Shown here: positions 1 through 10,174 of the stretch, one piece after another
Layout: the number at the start of each line of letters is the position of its first letter
Numbering within the stretch: the first letter of the stretch is position 1
NCBI RefSeq assembly: GCF_000018105.1
Contig: NC_009925.1
Coordinates: forward strand, 840,001-872,000
Direction: 5' to 3'
From: Acaryochloris marina MBIC11017
GTDB lineage: Bacteria; Cyanobacteriota; Cyanobacteriia; Thermosynechococcales; Thermosynechococcaceae
DNA length: 32,000 nucleotides
Notes under the pieces: model-generated
Databases searched by the model: none
Told to the model about the DNA's origin: nothing
The model's input: only the letters and a program-made list of their open reading frames with translations
Program-made: the position numbers and the translations under genes

Positions 1-942
1 GGCCAATGCCCCAAAAATGGCACCGACTAAACTGGCTCTACCCCCAACGGCAACCCAAATGACCATCTCAATGGAAAAGGCGATATCCATCGTCTTGGGA
101 GAGATAATCCCTGATTGGACGGTATAGAGTGCGCCAGCAATTCCGGCAAGTCCTGCTGATACGGCAAAGACCAGAACCTTGAAACCCGTTGGATCGTAAC
201 CTGAAAATCTCACCCGACTTTCGTCATCCCGAATCGCAATCAATAATCGGCCCAGCCGACCACTGGTCAACCATCGACAGAGTAAGTAGGCCAAGACTAA
301 GAAAATAACGGTGAGGGTGTAGAAAACAGACTGGGCTTGGTCTGATCCTGCATAGACTCCAAATATTTTCGTAGTATCAGTTTTAAGGCCATTCGTGCCG
401 TTAATCAGCTTCTGTTGGCTATTGAAAAAGTTAAAGAACACAATCAGAGACGCTTGGGTCAGGATCGAGAAGTACACTCCTCGAATGCGATTGCGAAACA
501 CTAAGTAGCCGAGTAGGGCAGCAATTGAAGCCGGAATCAACACAATGGCTGCCAGGGTAAAGGGTAGGGAGTGAAAGGGTTGCCAAAACCCGGGGAGCTT
601 GTCTACCCCAAATAAGGTAAAAAACTCTGGGAGCTGACCTTCCGGGAGTTGGAGCTGTAGAAACATGCCTAGGGCATATCCTCCTAAGGAGAAAAAGATA
701 CCGTGGCCGAGGCTAAGCATGCCAGTGTAGCCCCAGATCAGATCAATACCCAAAGCCACAATCGCTAAGGACATAAAGCGGCCCAGCATATTGATGCGGA
801 ATTCCTGGCCGATGGCGGTGAGTAGTAGGGGCGCACCAAATTGGATAAAGAGCGCGATCGCAACCACGATCACCCCTTCGATCAATAAAGAGCGTCGGCG
901 CATGGCAAATGAGGACTTGACGGGAGAAGAATCTGTAATCAT
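1..942 (-). CDS. urtC: Urea ABC transporter permease UrtC, 5' portion (C-terminus lies beyond the window start)
   Basis: Not in the ORF track because it runs off the window edge. My minus-strand translation from ATG 942 (alternative ATG 903) gives MITDSSPVKSSFAMRRRSLLIEG...GIDLIWGYTGMLSLGHGIFFSLGGYALGM...IRDDESRVRFSGYDPTGFKVLVFAVSAGLAGIAGALY. This is a branched-chain/urea-type ABC permease. It starts 10 nt after the urtB stop and is open to position 1. Confidence 0.85.
   Translation of the reverse strand, partial: MITDSSPVKSSFAMRRRSLLIEGVIVVAIALFIQFGAPLLLTAIGQEFRINMLGRFMSLAIVALGIDLIWGYTGMLSLGHGIFFSLGGYALGMFLQLQLPEGQLPEFFTLFGVDKLPGFWQPFHSLPFTLAAIVLIPASIAALLGYLVFRNRIRGVYFSILTQASLIVFFNFFNSQQKLINGTNGLKTDTTKIFGVYAGSDQAQSVFYTLTVIFLVLAYLLCRWLTSGRLGRLLIAIRDDESRVRFSGYDPTGFKVLVFAVSAGLAGIAGALYTVQSGIISPKTMDIAFSIEMVIWVAVGGRASLVGAIFGALA
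854..861. repeat. HIP1 octamer GCGATCGC (representative copy of a dispersed repeat)
   Basis: I located exact copies at 854, 7566, 7666, 11839, 14509, 15340, 17730, 17942, 21305, 24319, 26870, 28095 and 31886 (start positions). That is 13 copies against roughly 0.5 expected for a random octamer in 32 kb. Confidence 0.9.
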
Positions 943-951
943 ATGCTGCTT

Positions 952-2112
952 TTAAGCATCTACCATGCGTCCTTTTTGAGGGAATATGCCAGCAGGTCGG
1001 AATTGCAAGAACGTGACAATCAGTGCAAAGACCAGCACTTTCGCCATACTAGCGTTGGCGAAGAACTCAAAAACACTAGCCAGCTGAGGAAACCAGGCTA
1101 CTAGCGGACTGAGGGCATTAGCACCAATCATATAATTGGCGATGCCAATCGCCATTGCCGCGACAATGCTGCCGACCAGCTTGCCTACCCCTCCAACAAC
1201 GACAACCATAAAGGTGTCCACAATATAATTCTGACCGGTATTAGGGCCAACGGAGCCTAATAAACTCACGGCACAGCCCGCAACCCCTGCTAAGCCTGAC
1301 CCCAATGCAAAAGTGAGGGCGTCCACTCGCTTGGTGGGAATGCCTAAACAAGCGCTCATACTCCGATTTTGGGTCACTGCTCGAATCCGCAATCCCCAAG
1401 CCGAGCGTTGTAAAAACATATACATGCCAATGATGCAAACAATCGTCAACACCAGGATAAACAGGCGAACATAAGGCAATTGATAGGTGCCTAGCTTGAT
1501 CCCCTTTCGTAGCCAACCTGGCGCAGTGACATCGACATTTTGGGCACCAAACCAAGGTTTGGTGGCTGCTAGCTGATAGGTTTGTCCCAACATGCTACCG
1601 GCTGTCCAGGCGATCCCCGCAGAAAGAGGGATTAAAACAGTCCGTGCCCAACCCTTAATTTTCTCAACATTTGGCATTCGGGAAATAAGGGTCATTGCCC
1701 CAAAGTAAAGGATGCAAAACACACCTATCCCTAGCACCATCACCCAGCTCACACTCCGCACAAACTGTCGCAGAATTAAGCTGACGCCCCAGGTCGCTAG
1801 GAGTGTCTCTAGGGGCCTGCCATAGAGATGGCGAATCACTCCTTTTTCAAGAATGAGCCCCAACAACGCGGTGACGAAAAAAGCGCAGATCAATGCCACA
1901 AAAATGTAGGCACCGAACCAGGGTTGACCGAAGGATTTAAAGGCATTCTGGACCACGAAGGTTGTATAGGCACCAATCATCATCAACTCCCCATGGGCCA
2001 TGTTGATCACACCCATTAGGCCAAAAACAATGGCAAGGCCCAATGCTGCTAACAGCAACACTGAGCCTATGCTGATGCCATCAAACAAACCGTCCAATAA
2101 CGAAGTGAGCAA
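952..2112 (-). CDS. urtB: Urea ABC transporter permease UrtB
   Basis: 386-aa polytopic membrane ORF of the LivH-like permease family. It sits between the urea-binding protein gene and the second permease gene in the order urtA-urtB-urtC. Confidence 0.9.
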   Translation of the reverse strand: MLTSLLDGLFDGISIGSVLLLAALGLAIVFGLMGVINMAHGELMMIGAYTTFVVQNAFKSFGQPWFGAYIFVALICAFFVTALLGLILEKGVIRHLYGRPLETLLATWGVSLILRQFVRSVSWVMVLGIGVFCILYFGAMTLISRMPNVEKIKGWARTVLIPLSAGIAWTAGSMLGQTYQLAATKPWFGAQNVDVTAPGWLRKGIKLGTYQLPYVRLFILVLTIVCIIGMYMFLQRSAWGLRIRAVTQNRSMSACLGIPTKRVDALTFALGSGLAGVAGCAVSLLGSVGPNTGQNYIVDTFMVVVVGGVGKLVGSIVAAMAIGIANYMIGANALSPLVAWFPQLASVFEFFANASMAKVLVFALIVTFLQFRPAGIFPQKGRMVDA

Positions 2113-2158
2113 AGCATCTCCTTATGGTGACAGGGTTGTTGATAACGTTAGGCGAGGT

Positions 2159-3463
2159 TTAGATCTTGTATTTCTCGCCTTTATTGGGATCAGACCAATC
2201 ACAGGCATATCCCTTGGTATCTTTCACAAACTGGTTCCAGGCAATCGGTTCCACAGGACCATCGGTGGAATTAACAATTTCAAAGAGACCATCCTCTCCA
2301 ATCTTGCCAATTCTCACAGTCTTGGAAATATGGTGATTGCCCGCAACCTTAACCGGACCATTTGGTGCTGCAAATTCCTGACCAATGGCAGCAGCTCTTA
2401 CTTTTTCTAGGTCATCAGCAGTGCCTGCCTGTTCAACAGCCTGCTTCCACAGATAGACCATGATGTAAGACGCTTCCATGGGATCGTTCACAACCCGATC
2501 TTCACCATATTCTTTTTTGAAGGCTTCGACGAACTTCTTGCTTTCAGGGGAATCAACGGTTTGGAAGTAGTTCCAAGCTGCATAATGATCTTTGAGATAC
2601 TCAACGCCGATAGCCTTCACCTCTTCTTCCGCAATACTCACGGACATGGAGGGGTATTTATCGGGGCCTAAGCCCTTCCCTTGGAGTTGCTTAAAGAAGG
2701 CAACGTTGGTATCACCATTTAGGCTGTTGTAAATGACACCACCCTCCGGTAAAGCCGCTTGAATTTTGGCAATCACAGGGGTGACATCAGTACTACCTAA
2801 CTGAATATATTCTTCACCCACATGCTTACCGCCCTTCGCTTCTAGCTGGGCCTTAATGATGGTATTAGCGGTACGAGGGAAGACGTAGTCTGAGCCCACC
2901 AAGAAGAATGGCTTATCCTTGTACTCCTCCAGCAGCCAATCGACAGAAGGCTCAATTTGCTGGTTCGGAGCTGCACCTGTGTAGAAAATATTCTTAGAGC
3001 ACTCTTGGCCTTCATACTGAACGGGGTACCAAAGCATATGGTCTTTGGATTCAAAGACAGGTTTGACGGCTTTTCGACTAGCAGAGGTCCAACATCCGAA
3101 GACGGTCACAACTTTGTCTTGCTCAATCAGCTTCTTGGCTTTTTCCGAAAACTTATCCCAATCAGACTGGCCATCTTCAACGATGGCCTCGATCTGTTTC
3201 CCAAGGACGCCACCAGCTTCATTAATTTCCTTAATAGCTAGTTTTTCAGCGTCAACCACACTTTTTTCACTAATCGCCATGGTTCCACTTAAAGAGTGGA
3301 GAATCCCTACTTTGATGGTGTCACCAGAAGCACTACCACTATCAGTGCTACCACCTTCTTGACTACCTGGTGTACAGGCTTTGAGCAGCACGCTCCCTGA
3401 AGCGACGGAACCCATGATTAGGAATTCGCGCCGACCAAATCCTCTGGCCATAAACCGATTCAC
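2159..3463 (-). CDS. urtA: Urea ABC transporter substrate-binding protein UrtA (exported, probable lipoprotein)
   Basis: 434-aa LivK/amide-urea binding family ORF. The N-terminus has a twin-arginine-like RREFL motif and an LKAC lipobox. The track start at 3463 is GTG directly abutting GGAG. ATG at 3451 ([10 protein letters not shown]) has a GAGGAG Shine-Dalgarno about 11 nt upstream and is the more likely start. Confidence 0.9.
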   Translation of the reverse strand: MNRFMARGFGRREFLIMGSVASGSVLLKACTPGSQEGGSTDSGSASGDTIKVGILHSLSGTMAISEKSVVDAEKLAIKEINEAGGVLGKQIEAIVEDGQSDWDKFSEKAKKLIEQDKVVTVFGCWTSASRKAVKPVFESKDHMLWYPVQYEGQECSKNIFYTGAAPNQQIEPSVDWLLEEYKDKPFFLVGSDYVFPRTANTIIKAQLEAKGGKHVGEEYIQLGSTDVTPVIAKIQAALPEGGVIYNSLNGDTNVAFFKQLQGKGLGPDKYPSMSVSIAEEEVKAIGVEYLKDHYAAWNYFQTVDSPESKKFVEAFKKEYGEDRVVNDPMEASYIMVYLWKQAVEQAGTADDLEKVRAAAIGQEFAAPNGPVKVAGNHHISKTVRIGKIGEDGLFEIVNSTDGPVEPIAWNQFVKDTKGYACDWSDPNKGEKYKI

Positions 3464-4316
3464 TCCTCAACACAAAGTAACTTAATAATTACAGACATGC
3501 TTTCAAAAAATAAATTGCTTACATAACATGTCTAGGTGGACAATTTTTTTTCAATCTCCGAAGAAACAGTTTCGGTCTTCCCCCTAATATCAGTTGCTTT
3601 GACCTTTGACTGGCACAATACAAATGACTGCTGATTTTGATCAACATTACCTTTATCTGGAAAAGTCTAGGGATTTATCTTGCCAGAAAAATGTTATCTC
3701 TGATACAGAAAATCAGTTGTCCACCCTATTTATTGAGCTACACTTACCCCTGATTCCTTGCTCTACAAAGGCTACAGGGATTTATTGACTTTATTAACAA
3801 AAGCTTAAGTTCCAATGTTTTTCCTAGGGTTAAAACGACTGAAACCTGCCCCCTTGGGCACCACTACTAAACATAATTTCTATTAACACTGGCTGAAAGC
3901 CTAATTTAGTTATTTTTTCAGAGAAATTTCCCATTTACAGGATGCTCACATACATTTATTAATTTCTAAGTTTGGCTAAGCCCTTCTCTCTGACAGATTT
4001 GTGTCCAGCATCAATACTATAAAAGTTTACCTACCTCTCTCTGCTTAAGCTAATAATTGAGAGCGCCTTTCATTGCTCTATGTCGTACTAATTTTGATTT
4101 CAAAGATTCCCTGGAACAATATGTTCTCAGCTAAGATCTCAAAAAATTCTTGATAAGGCCTACGAAAAGATGCAGAAGACAAATGGATTTGGGACTATAT
4201 CACTCAAATCCTGTAAAAACTACTGCCAAAGTTATCTTGTTTAAGACTCCTGGCATCCTCTAAGTAGGAACTGTTTTTAGTTAGAGAAAGTTACAAGTTT
4301 AATTATTTCTGAATTT

Positions 4317-4330
4317 GTATTGAATTTTAC
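4317..4330 (+). promoter_or_regulatory. Candidate NtcA-binding box GTA-N8-TAC with a -10-like hexamer 22 nt downstream
   Basis: GTATTGAATTTTAC is an exact match to the cyanobacterial NtcA consensus GTAN8TAC. TAGTTA at 4353-4358 lies exactly 22 nt downstream on the + strand, matching class II NtcA promoter geometry (TAN3T-like). This orientation would drive the porin gene at 4675 with a leader of roughly 300 nt. It is a single 14-mer match in AT-rich DNA, so chance cannot be excluded. Confidence 0.35.
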
Positions 4331-4674
4331 AAAATAAGCACCCACCATAACGTAGTTATATCTGGGGGACTTAGATTAAGGATCTTCTAATGCTGCCTTC
4401 ATCTAAGAATTAGGAAATTATCATCTAAACAACATGGCTGGAGTGTTTTGAAGCGTTTCTTGGTCTAATTGGTTACTGTTTTACAGTTGCTTCATGCGTT
4501 TATATTGGCTTAGTCCGGTCTAGTTCAACACTCAAAAGCTTCAACGTCATCTAGATCACTTGTATTTAGTACTTGGGGCGATAAAGCCAAATTCTTGTTG
4601 ATGATGAAATAGTCGAATTTAAGAACAGATTCTAATAAAGAATCTTTGTTCTAGGTGTGTGTGAGGATTTTTAA

Positions 4675-6507
4675 ATGACCAATATTCGGGATAAATCCCT
4701 AGTTTTTTCATCTCTTGCATTATGGGCCTGTTTGCTCCCTACAGCAGTAGGAGCAGTAGAACCAACCGCTTTAGAAGAAGTACAAGCTGATACGACTGCG
4801 ATCCCCTCCTTGGAGTTAGCGCTCAATTCCGACGCTAATGATAGTGAGGAATCCCAAGTATTCTTGGCTCCCTCAGACTTACAGACAGAGCTGGATGCAA
4901 ATTCTGATAAAGCCAATAGTACAGTTGCGGAATTGGAGACCTTACGGTTAGCAGATCACTCTGTCTCAACATCTCCTTCTGTTGCAGATTTGATGGAGGA
5001 GACTAAAACGGATTCCGTGGGTCAAGTGACCTCCGTATCTCAGTTATCTGATGTTCAGCCAGATGATTGGGCGTTTCAAGCGATTCAGTCTTTAGTTGAG
5101 CGCTATGGCTGTGTCGCCGGTTACCCCAATGGTACGTTTCGCCCAAGTCGAGCCATGTCTCGTCGGGAAGCTGCCGCTTTAGTGAACGCCTGTCTGGATA
5201 ACCTCAGCAATCGTTTCGCGACGAAGGAAGATCTGGATGCCCTGAAAGCCCTACAAGATGAGTTTGCAGCTGAACTGGCAACTCTAAGAGGGCGGGTTGA
5301 TGGTCTGGAAGCTCGGGTTGCAACCGTTGAAGCTCAGCAGTTCTCCACAACTACTAAATTGAGTGTTGACGCTGTTTTCACGGCTCAATTTGGTGACTCA
5401 GACAACCAAGCTTTCGATAACTCTTCCGATGGGTTAACGCCAGGTGTTAACCAGCTGGCAGACTCTCGGGCAAGCGCAATTGGCTCTGTCTACATGAGCT
5501 TCAATACCAGCTTCTCTGGAGATGACCTCTTGCAAACCACGTTGTTCTTTGGCAACAACGGTCAAGATTTATTCTCCAATGCCCAGATTGGAAGCACTGC
5601 AACACTGCCCTTTGCCCAAAGTGCACCTTTATTCAACCCAGGTCAGTATTACTTTGCTGGTCTACCCAATAATGCAACCCTCTACCGTTTAGCCTATACC
5701 TTTAAACCCGTCGAAGATTTGGCGGTAACGGTTGCTCCGTTGTACTATCCAACGGACATTATTGATGGCAATAGCTACACCAGTCCGTTTACAGGGTTCA
5801 GTACCTGGTTCCTAATTAACAACCCCTTGATCACGCCCTACATTACTAACTTCCTAGGGGGTGCGGGTGCTGGTTTTGACTGGAACTTCAATGGTGGTCC
5901 CGTGTCCCTACGGGGTGCCTATGTGGCAGTGAATGGTTTTTCTGCAGTCAACACTGGCCCACCCAACGACGGAGGGTTATTTGGCGATCCCTACCAAGCT
6001 ACGGCTGAGTTGGAATATGCAGGTGAGTTAGGAGATGATTCTAACTTTGCCATTAAGTTGCAATTTACAAACTCTGAGACCTTTGGTGTCCAACAAAATG
6101 TTGTGGGTGTGAATGCCGAAGCGAAGTTTGGCCAATTTGGCGTATTCGGTCGCTATGGTTATTCTTTTGCTGATGGCCAAGGTGTGGCTAACCCCATTCC
6201 CTTTGCTGCGGGTACTGTGGGCCGATTTGATGCCCAAACTTGGCAGGCAGGTGCTGGTATTCACGATTTATTAGTACCCGGTTCTTTGTTTGCCGTATCT
6301 GCAGGGATGCCTTTCATCAACAATGTGGCATCGCCAGGGGTAGGTATAAACGATGAAGACCAAATTAACTTGGAGGCCTTCTATCGTTTCCCTGTGAATG
6401 ACAACATCACCATTAGCCCAATTTTCTCAGCTATTTTGAACCCCAACAGTAGCAGCATTGAGCCTAACCTCTATCAAGGTCTGCTACGGGTTGTGTTCTC
6501 GTTCTAG
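4675..6507 (+). CDS. Outer-membrane porin with an N-terminal SLH domain and OprB-like beta-barrel (cyanobacterial Som/Slr1841-type)
   Basis: 610-aa ORF with a signal peptide (SLALWACLLPTAVGAVEP). It has an SLH motif (DVQPDDWAFQAIQSLVERYGCVAGYPNGTFRPSRAMSRREAAALVNACL) and a coiled-coil linker (LDALKALQDEFAAELATLRGRVDGLEARVATVEAQ). A Gly/aromatic-rich beta-strand region ends in a C-terminal F. GAGG Shine-Dalgarno at 4663-4666. Confidence 0.85.
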   Translation: MTNIRDKSLVFSSLALWACLLPTAVGAVEPTALEEVQADTTAIPSLELALNSDANDSEESQVFLAPSDLQTELDANSDKANSTVAELETLRLADHSVSTSPSVADLMEETKTDSVGQVTSVSQLSDVQPDDWAFQAIQSLVERYGCVAGYPNGTFRPSRAMSRREAAALVNACLDNLSNRFATKEDLDALKALQDEFAAELATLRGRVDGLEARVATVEAQQFSTTTKLSVDAVFTAQFGDSDNQAFDNSSDGLTPGVNQLADSRASAIGSVYMSFNTSFSGDDLLQTTLFFGNNGQDLFSNAQIGSTATLPFAQSAPLFNPGQYYFAGLPNNATLYRLAYTFKPVEDLAVTVAPLYYPTDIIDGNSYTSPFTGFSTWFLINNPLITPYITNFLGGAGAGFDWNFNGGPVSLRGAYVAVNGFSAVNTGPPNDGGLFGDPYQATAELEYAGELGDDSNFAIKLQFTNSETFGVQQNVVGVNAEAKFGQFGVFGRYGYSFADGQGVANPIPFAAGTVGRFDAQTWQAGAGIHDLLVPGSLFAVSAGMPFINNVASPGVGINDEDQINLEAFYRFPVNDNITISPIFSAILNPNSSSIEPNLYQGLLRVVFSF

Positions 6508-6561
6508 CTTTTTAACTCCTGGAGTGAACTTCATGGTTTGACTCCTTACTCACTTCTCTGT

Positions 6562-6593
6562 GCGGTAATTGGCTTTGCTGATTACCGCTTTTT
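6562..6593 (+). terminator. Rho-independent terminator downstream of the porin gene
   Basis: Perfect 8-bp stem GCGGTAAT (6562-6569) / ATTACCGC (6581-6588) with an 11-nt loop, followed by TTTTT (6589-6593). It overlaps the last codons of the convergent ureG. Confidence 0.55.
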
Positions 6594-7196
6594 GTTGGGG
6601 ACTGGCTGAATATGTTGGACGACAAATTCCATGACGACGGGGAGCCCCACCTGTTGCTTCAGGTTCGTCATCACAAAGGGTTTAGGACCGCGCATTTTTT
6701 TCGTATCTTCTTCCATAACTTGGAGGCTGGCCCCCACATAAGGCGCAAGATCCGTTTTATTGATGACTAATAAGTCCGATTTAGTGATCCCAGGTCCGCC
6801 TTTGCGGGGAATTTTGTCGCCACCTGCCACGTCAATGACATAGATGGTGAGATCGACCAGCTCAGGACTAAAGGTGGCCGCTAAGTTATCTCCCCCACTT
6901 TCGACAAACACGATATCAGGAGAAAACTGTTGCTCTAAATCCTCGATCGCAGCCAAGTTAATGGAGGCATCTTCACGAATGGCGGTGTGGGGACAGCCTC
7001 CAGTTTCGACCCCCAGAATTCTGTCTTGGCTTAAGGCCTGACTACGAACCAAGAATTGGGCATCTTCTTGGGTGTAAATATCGTTGGTGACAACGGCAAG
7101 ATTGTACTGATCCCGCATGGCTTTACAGAGGGCATCCACTAATGCCGTTTTGCCTGATCCAACGGGGCCAGCAACCCCCACGCGAAGGGAATTCAT
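6582..7196 (-). CDS. ureG: Urease accessory GTPase UreG
   Basis: 204-aa ORF with P-loop [21 protein letters not shown] and NKTDL motifs, all characteristic of UreG/HypB-type metallochaperone GTPases. Confidence 0.95.
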   Translation of the reverse strand: MNSLRVGVAGPVGSGKTALVDALCKAMRDQYNLAVVTNDIYTQEDAQFLVRSQALSQDRILGVETGGCPHTAIREDASINLAAIEDLEQQFSPDIVFVESGGDNLAATFSPELVDLTIYVIDVAGGDKIPRKGGPGITKSDLLVINKTDLAPYVGASLQVMEEDTKKMRGPKPFVMTNLKQQVGLPVVMEFVVQHIQPVPNKKR

Positions 7197-7285
7197 TTGA
7201 GTCAGTCCTAGGGTTATTAGAAGGTTGATAAATAAAAAGGCTGCCAGTATCTTACAAGCCTTAGTGGGCCTATAGTTCTAATGTT

Positions 7286-7966
7286 TTAACTGCGAAACAA
7301 ACGACTGTATTGCGTCTCGTGAGCCATACTAGCCAGGGCAAGTCCCCAGCCACAGCTACAGAGATCCTTGTCTTCTAATAAAAGGATGGATTGGGTGGCT
7401 GCTTCGATATGGGGCTGTAGCTGAAAGAGCAGCTGTTGGCCTGTGGTTTGCCCCAATGGGATCAGCTTAATCCCGGCGCTAATTAGATTGGTGGCCCAAC
7501 TGTGGAGATATCCGAGGGTGGCTGACTCTAAGGGAATTTGCCAGAGGTTGGCGGTGAGTCCAAATGCGATCGCAAAATTGCACCCAGTCTGTAATTGCTC
7601 CCAAACCTCAATCAATTCAGGGCCAGTGTGTTCTGGATCTTGCAAGGCTTTAGATAATCGCAAAAGCGATCGCCCCATCTGTAAGCTTTGTAATCTCAAC
7701 TCTTCTGTTTCCCTGGCAGCGGATAACCAGGCATTCCAGTACTGCAATATTTGCACATCGGTGCTCGCTCGATACCCACGAACCATGACCGCAGCTTCCA
7801 TACGGATGGATCCATAGGCTAGCTCTTGCAGCAACCATGTCCGCAAGTGGGATTCGTTGTCTATCGTTCCCTGGTCAACTAACCATTCTAGGCCTTCAGA
7901 ATAGCTATAGGCCCCGACTGGTAAAGCAGGACTAGTGAGTTGAAGTAAGCGCTGAGTAGTATCCAA
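7286..7966 (-). CDS. ureF: Urease accessory protein UreF
   Basis: 226-aa ORF beginning [23 protein letters not shown], the typical UreF N-terminal signature. It lies immediately upstream of ureG on the same strand. Confidence 0.9.
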
Positions 7967-8333
7967 GTTGATAGAAGAGAAAGAGACTCGACGTTATTGT
8001 CATGATCACAAAGGCACATATGTGGGTTGCAGATGAGCCACTCGTGATCCAAAAATTAAATTTAGGTATGAATGTCTGTACTGCTAGACATCCATAAACA
8101 ATCCAGAAACTCAAAGCTGCAACCCATCCAGCATAGATTCCCACCATTGTAAATAAGACTTGAATAAGGCCAATTAATAGCCAACTCGTCAAAGTATAAG
8201 ATCCTTCGGACTTAGCTTCTGACTTGAGCGACAGATAAATCAATCCAACCGAAGCACCTAAAGCAAGTGCTGCTCCTCCAAAAATATCAAGAACAATTGC
8301 CACATAGACGGAATTTAAAATCTCGTCCAGCAT
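7932..8333 (-). CDS. Hypothetical small integral membrane protein (about 4 predicted TM helices)
   Basis: 133-aa ORF with four hydrophobic stretches and no family that I recognise. The region is visibly more AT-rich than its neighbours. Its 3' end overlaps the ureF start by 35 nt. Confidence 0.45.
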
Positions 8334-8452
8334 TGAGTATTCCTCACCTGTAGAAATACTCTAACAGAGATGATTTTCAGCAATTACTCATGTTGCCATT
8401 ATCTAGATCCAGTAGTTTAAGAAGCAAAAGGGGAAAGCATTTGAGGGTCTGA

Positions 8453-9556
8453 ATGAGAAAATTTATCCTGCTCTTGAGTTTGACCGTAATGCTGATAGTG
8501 GGGTGCAAAATCTACCTGGCTGAAAGTCAAGCGCCAGCGGCCGTTCAAATTGAACCTGGAGCTAAGCAGAGAGGGATGTCTTGGACGGCTGAACGGACGC
8601 CCATTTCTGCTAAAAATTTTGACACCCTGACTCAAGCCCATGTGAATTGGATTGTCCAAACTCCGTTTGGGTGGCAGCGAGATATTAACTCCCCCGATTT
8701 AGCGTTAACCACAAAAGGGGTTTGGTGGGGCGAAACCGATGAGGGATTGATCACCACCACTCAGTTAGCCCAAGAGCGAGGCATTCAAACCCTGTTAAAA
8801 CCCCACATCTGGCTGACTCGCCCCCAGGAGGGCAAGTGGCGGACGGATATCAAAATGAAGTCTGAGGCGGATTGGCAGACCTGGTTTACCAACTATCGCC
8901 GATTTATTTTGCATTATGCCCAGTTAGCCAAACAGCAGAATATTCCCATCCTCTGTATTGGCACTGAACTGCAGACCACAGCGGTAGAACGAGAACAAGA
9001 TTGGCGACAATTAATTACTGAGATTCGGCAGATGTATCCCGGTCAGCTCACCTATGCTGCCAATTGGTATGAAGCCTATGAACAAATACAGTTTTGGGAT
9101 GCCTTGGACTTTATTGGTATTCAAGCGTATTTTCCCTTAGCCTCCAAAATAGAGCCGAGTATAGCGGAGTTGAAGCAGGCTTGGCAGCAATACGGGGATG
9201 AGATCGCATCCCTCCACAATAAATATCAAAAACCCGTTATCTTTACAGAATTGGGCTACCGCAGTACGTCCGATGCCGCTATAGAACCGTGGAAATGGCC
9301 TGACACCTCCGAGATTAATCCCTCTAAATTGGCCACCTCAGACGGTTTACGGACACAAGCCAATTGTTATGAAGCATTCTTCCAAACTATTTGGCAGGAG
9401 GGCTGGTTGGCTGGGGTGTACTGGTGGAAGTGGTTCCCCTCAATTGAGGCCAATCCCAAACAACAAGGTGCAGGCTTTTCACCCCAAAATAAACCGGCAG
9501 AACAAGTGATTCGCAAATACTATAGCCAGAGTCTCTCTTCAGCTAAGCCATCCTGA
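8453..9556 (+). CDS. Putative TIM-barrel glycoside-hydrolase-like lipoprotein (clan GH-A-like)
   Basis: 367-aa ORF with a lipoprotein signal (LTVMLIVGC). Two Glu motifs are spaced as in clan-A glycosidases: LCIGTELQ (candidate acid/base) and VIFTELGY (candidate nucleophile). The coding call is solid; the function is tentative. Confidence 0.5.
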   Translation: MRKFILLLSLTVMLIVGCKIYLAESQAPAAVQIEPGAKQRGMSWTAERTPISAKNFDTLTQAHVNWIVQTPFGWQRDINSPDLALTTKGVWWGETDEGLITTTQLAQERGIQTLLKPHIWLTRPQEGKWRTDIKMKSEADWQTWFTNYRRFILHYAQLAKQQNIPILCIGTELQTTAVEREQDWRQLITEIRQMYPGQLTYAANWYEAYEQIQFWDALDFIGIQAYFPLASKIEPSIAELKQAWQQYGDEIASLHNKYQKPVIFTELGYRSTSDAAIEPWKWPDTSEINPSKLATSDGLRTQANCYEAFFQTIWQEGWLAGVYWWKWFPSIEANPKQQGAGFSPQNKPAEQVIRKYYSQSLSSAKPS

Positions 9557-10107
9557 TGATGACAACTACTTCCTAAACAAATAATCGCGAGAGAGAACAA
9601 ACAAAGTTAGGCAAAAGGGGGGAAGTGATAGTCTCTGCATCATAGAGTAGCGCTGTCACCAGCTTCAACATCGCCTGTTGGCGACGGTAGATTTCCACCT
9701 GTTTCAACTGCCTGTTGATAATCCAGTATTCTTGCACCCCTCGGATGCTGTAGAGCTTGAGTTTGGCCTCGCGATCTCTGCGCTCGTTTTCCGTACCCGC
9801 CGACAAAACTTCAATCACGAACTCAGGAGCAGCCACAAGATGTCCTGATTCGTCCAATGTAGCTTCTAGGCGCTCTTTGCTAACTCACACTACATCTGGT
9901 GTGACACTGTCCACATCTCTAAATATGAGACCTGGAGCCATAACTGACTCACCGATCTCCATCTCCAAGGACCAATTACGCAATTCTGCACAAATATAGC
10001 CACTGAAATTTTGATGTTGCCAATGAGGGGCACGAGTCACAAACAGATCTCCATCAATAATTTCATAGCGGTTGCTACTTTCAGGAAGTAATTCTAGGTC
10101 CGAGGTG

Positions 10108-10134
10108 TGAAGTGACCCCCAAGATTCGGACAAG
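10108..10134 (+). repeat. IS3 element left terminal inverted repeat (IRL)
   Basis: See the IS feature. 22 of 26 ungapped matches to the reverse complement of 11345-11370. Confidence 0.85.
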
Positions 10135-10174
10135 TCCTTAAGCATCGTAATCTTGTACCGAATGAGGGAAATTA

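Noticed and set aside
1241-2410. Several 60-136-aa ORFs overlapping urtB and the urtA 3' end (1241..1555, 1828..2019, 2000..2410)
   Set aside because: They lie inside or antisense to confidently identified transporter genes, and their compositions are Cys/His/Arg-rich nonsense. They are shadow ORFs.
3693-3706. Near-NtcA box GTTATCTCTGATAC as a possible urtA promoter element
   Set aside because: The first half-site is GTT, not GTA. No -10-like hexamer sits 22 nt away on the urtA (minus) side; that position reads CTAGAC. It is too weak to call, though urt operons are known NtcA targets in other cyanobacteria.
3606-3788. 60-aa ORF in the urtA-porin spacer
   Set aside because: It has a TTG start and no Shine-Dalgarno, lies in AT-rich DNA where such ORFs arise by chance, and has no recognisable motif. 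I treated it as non-coding.
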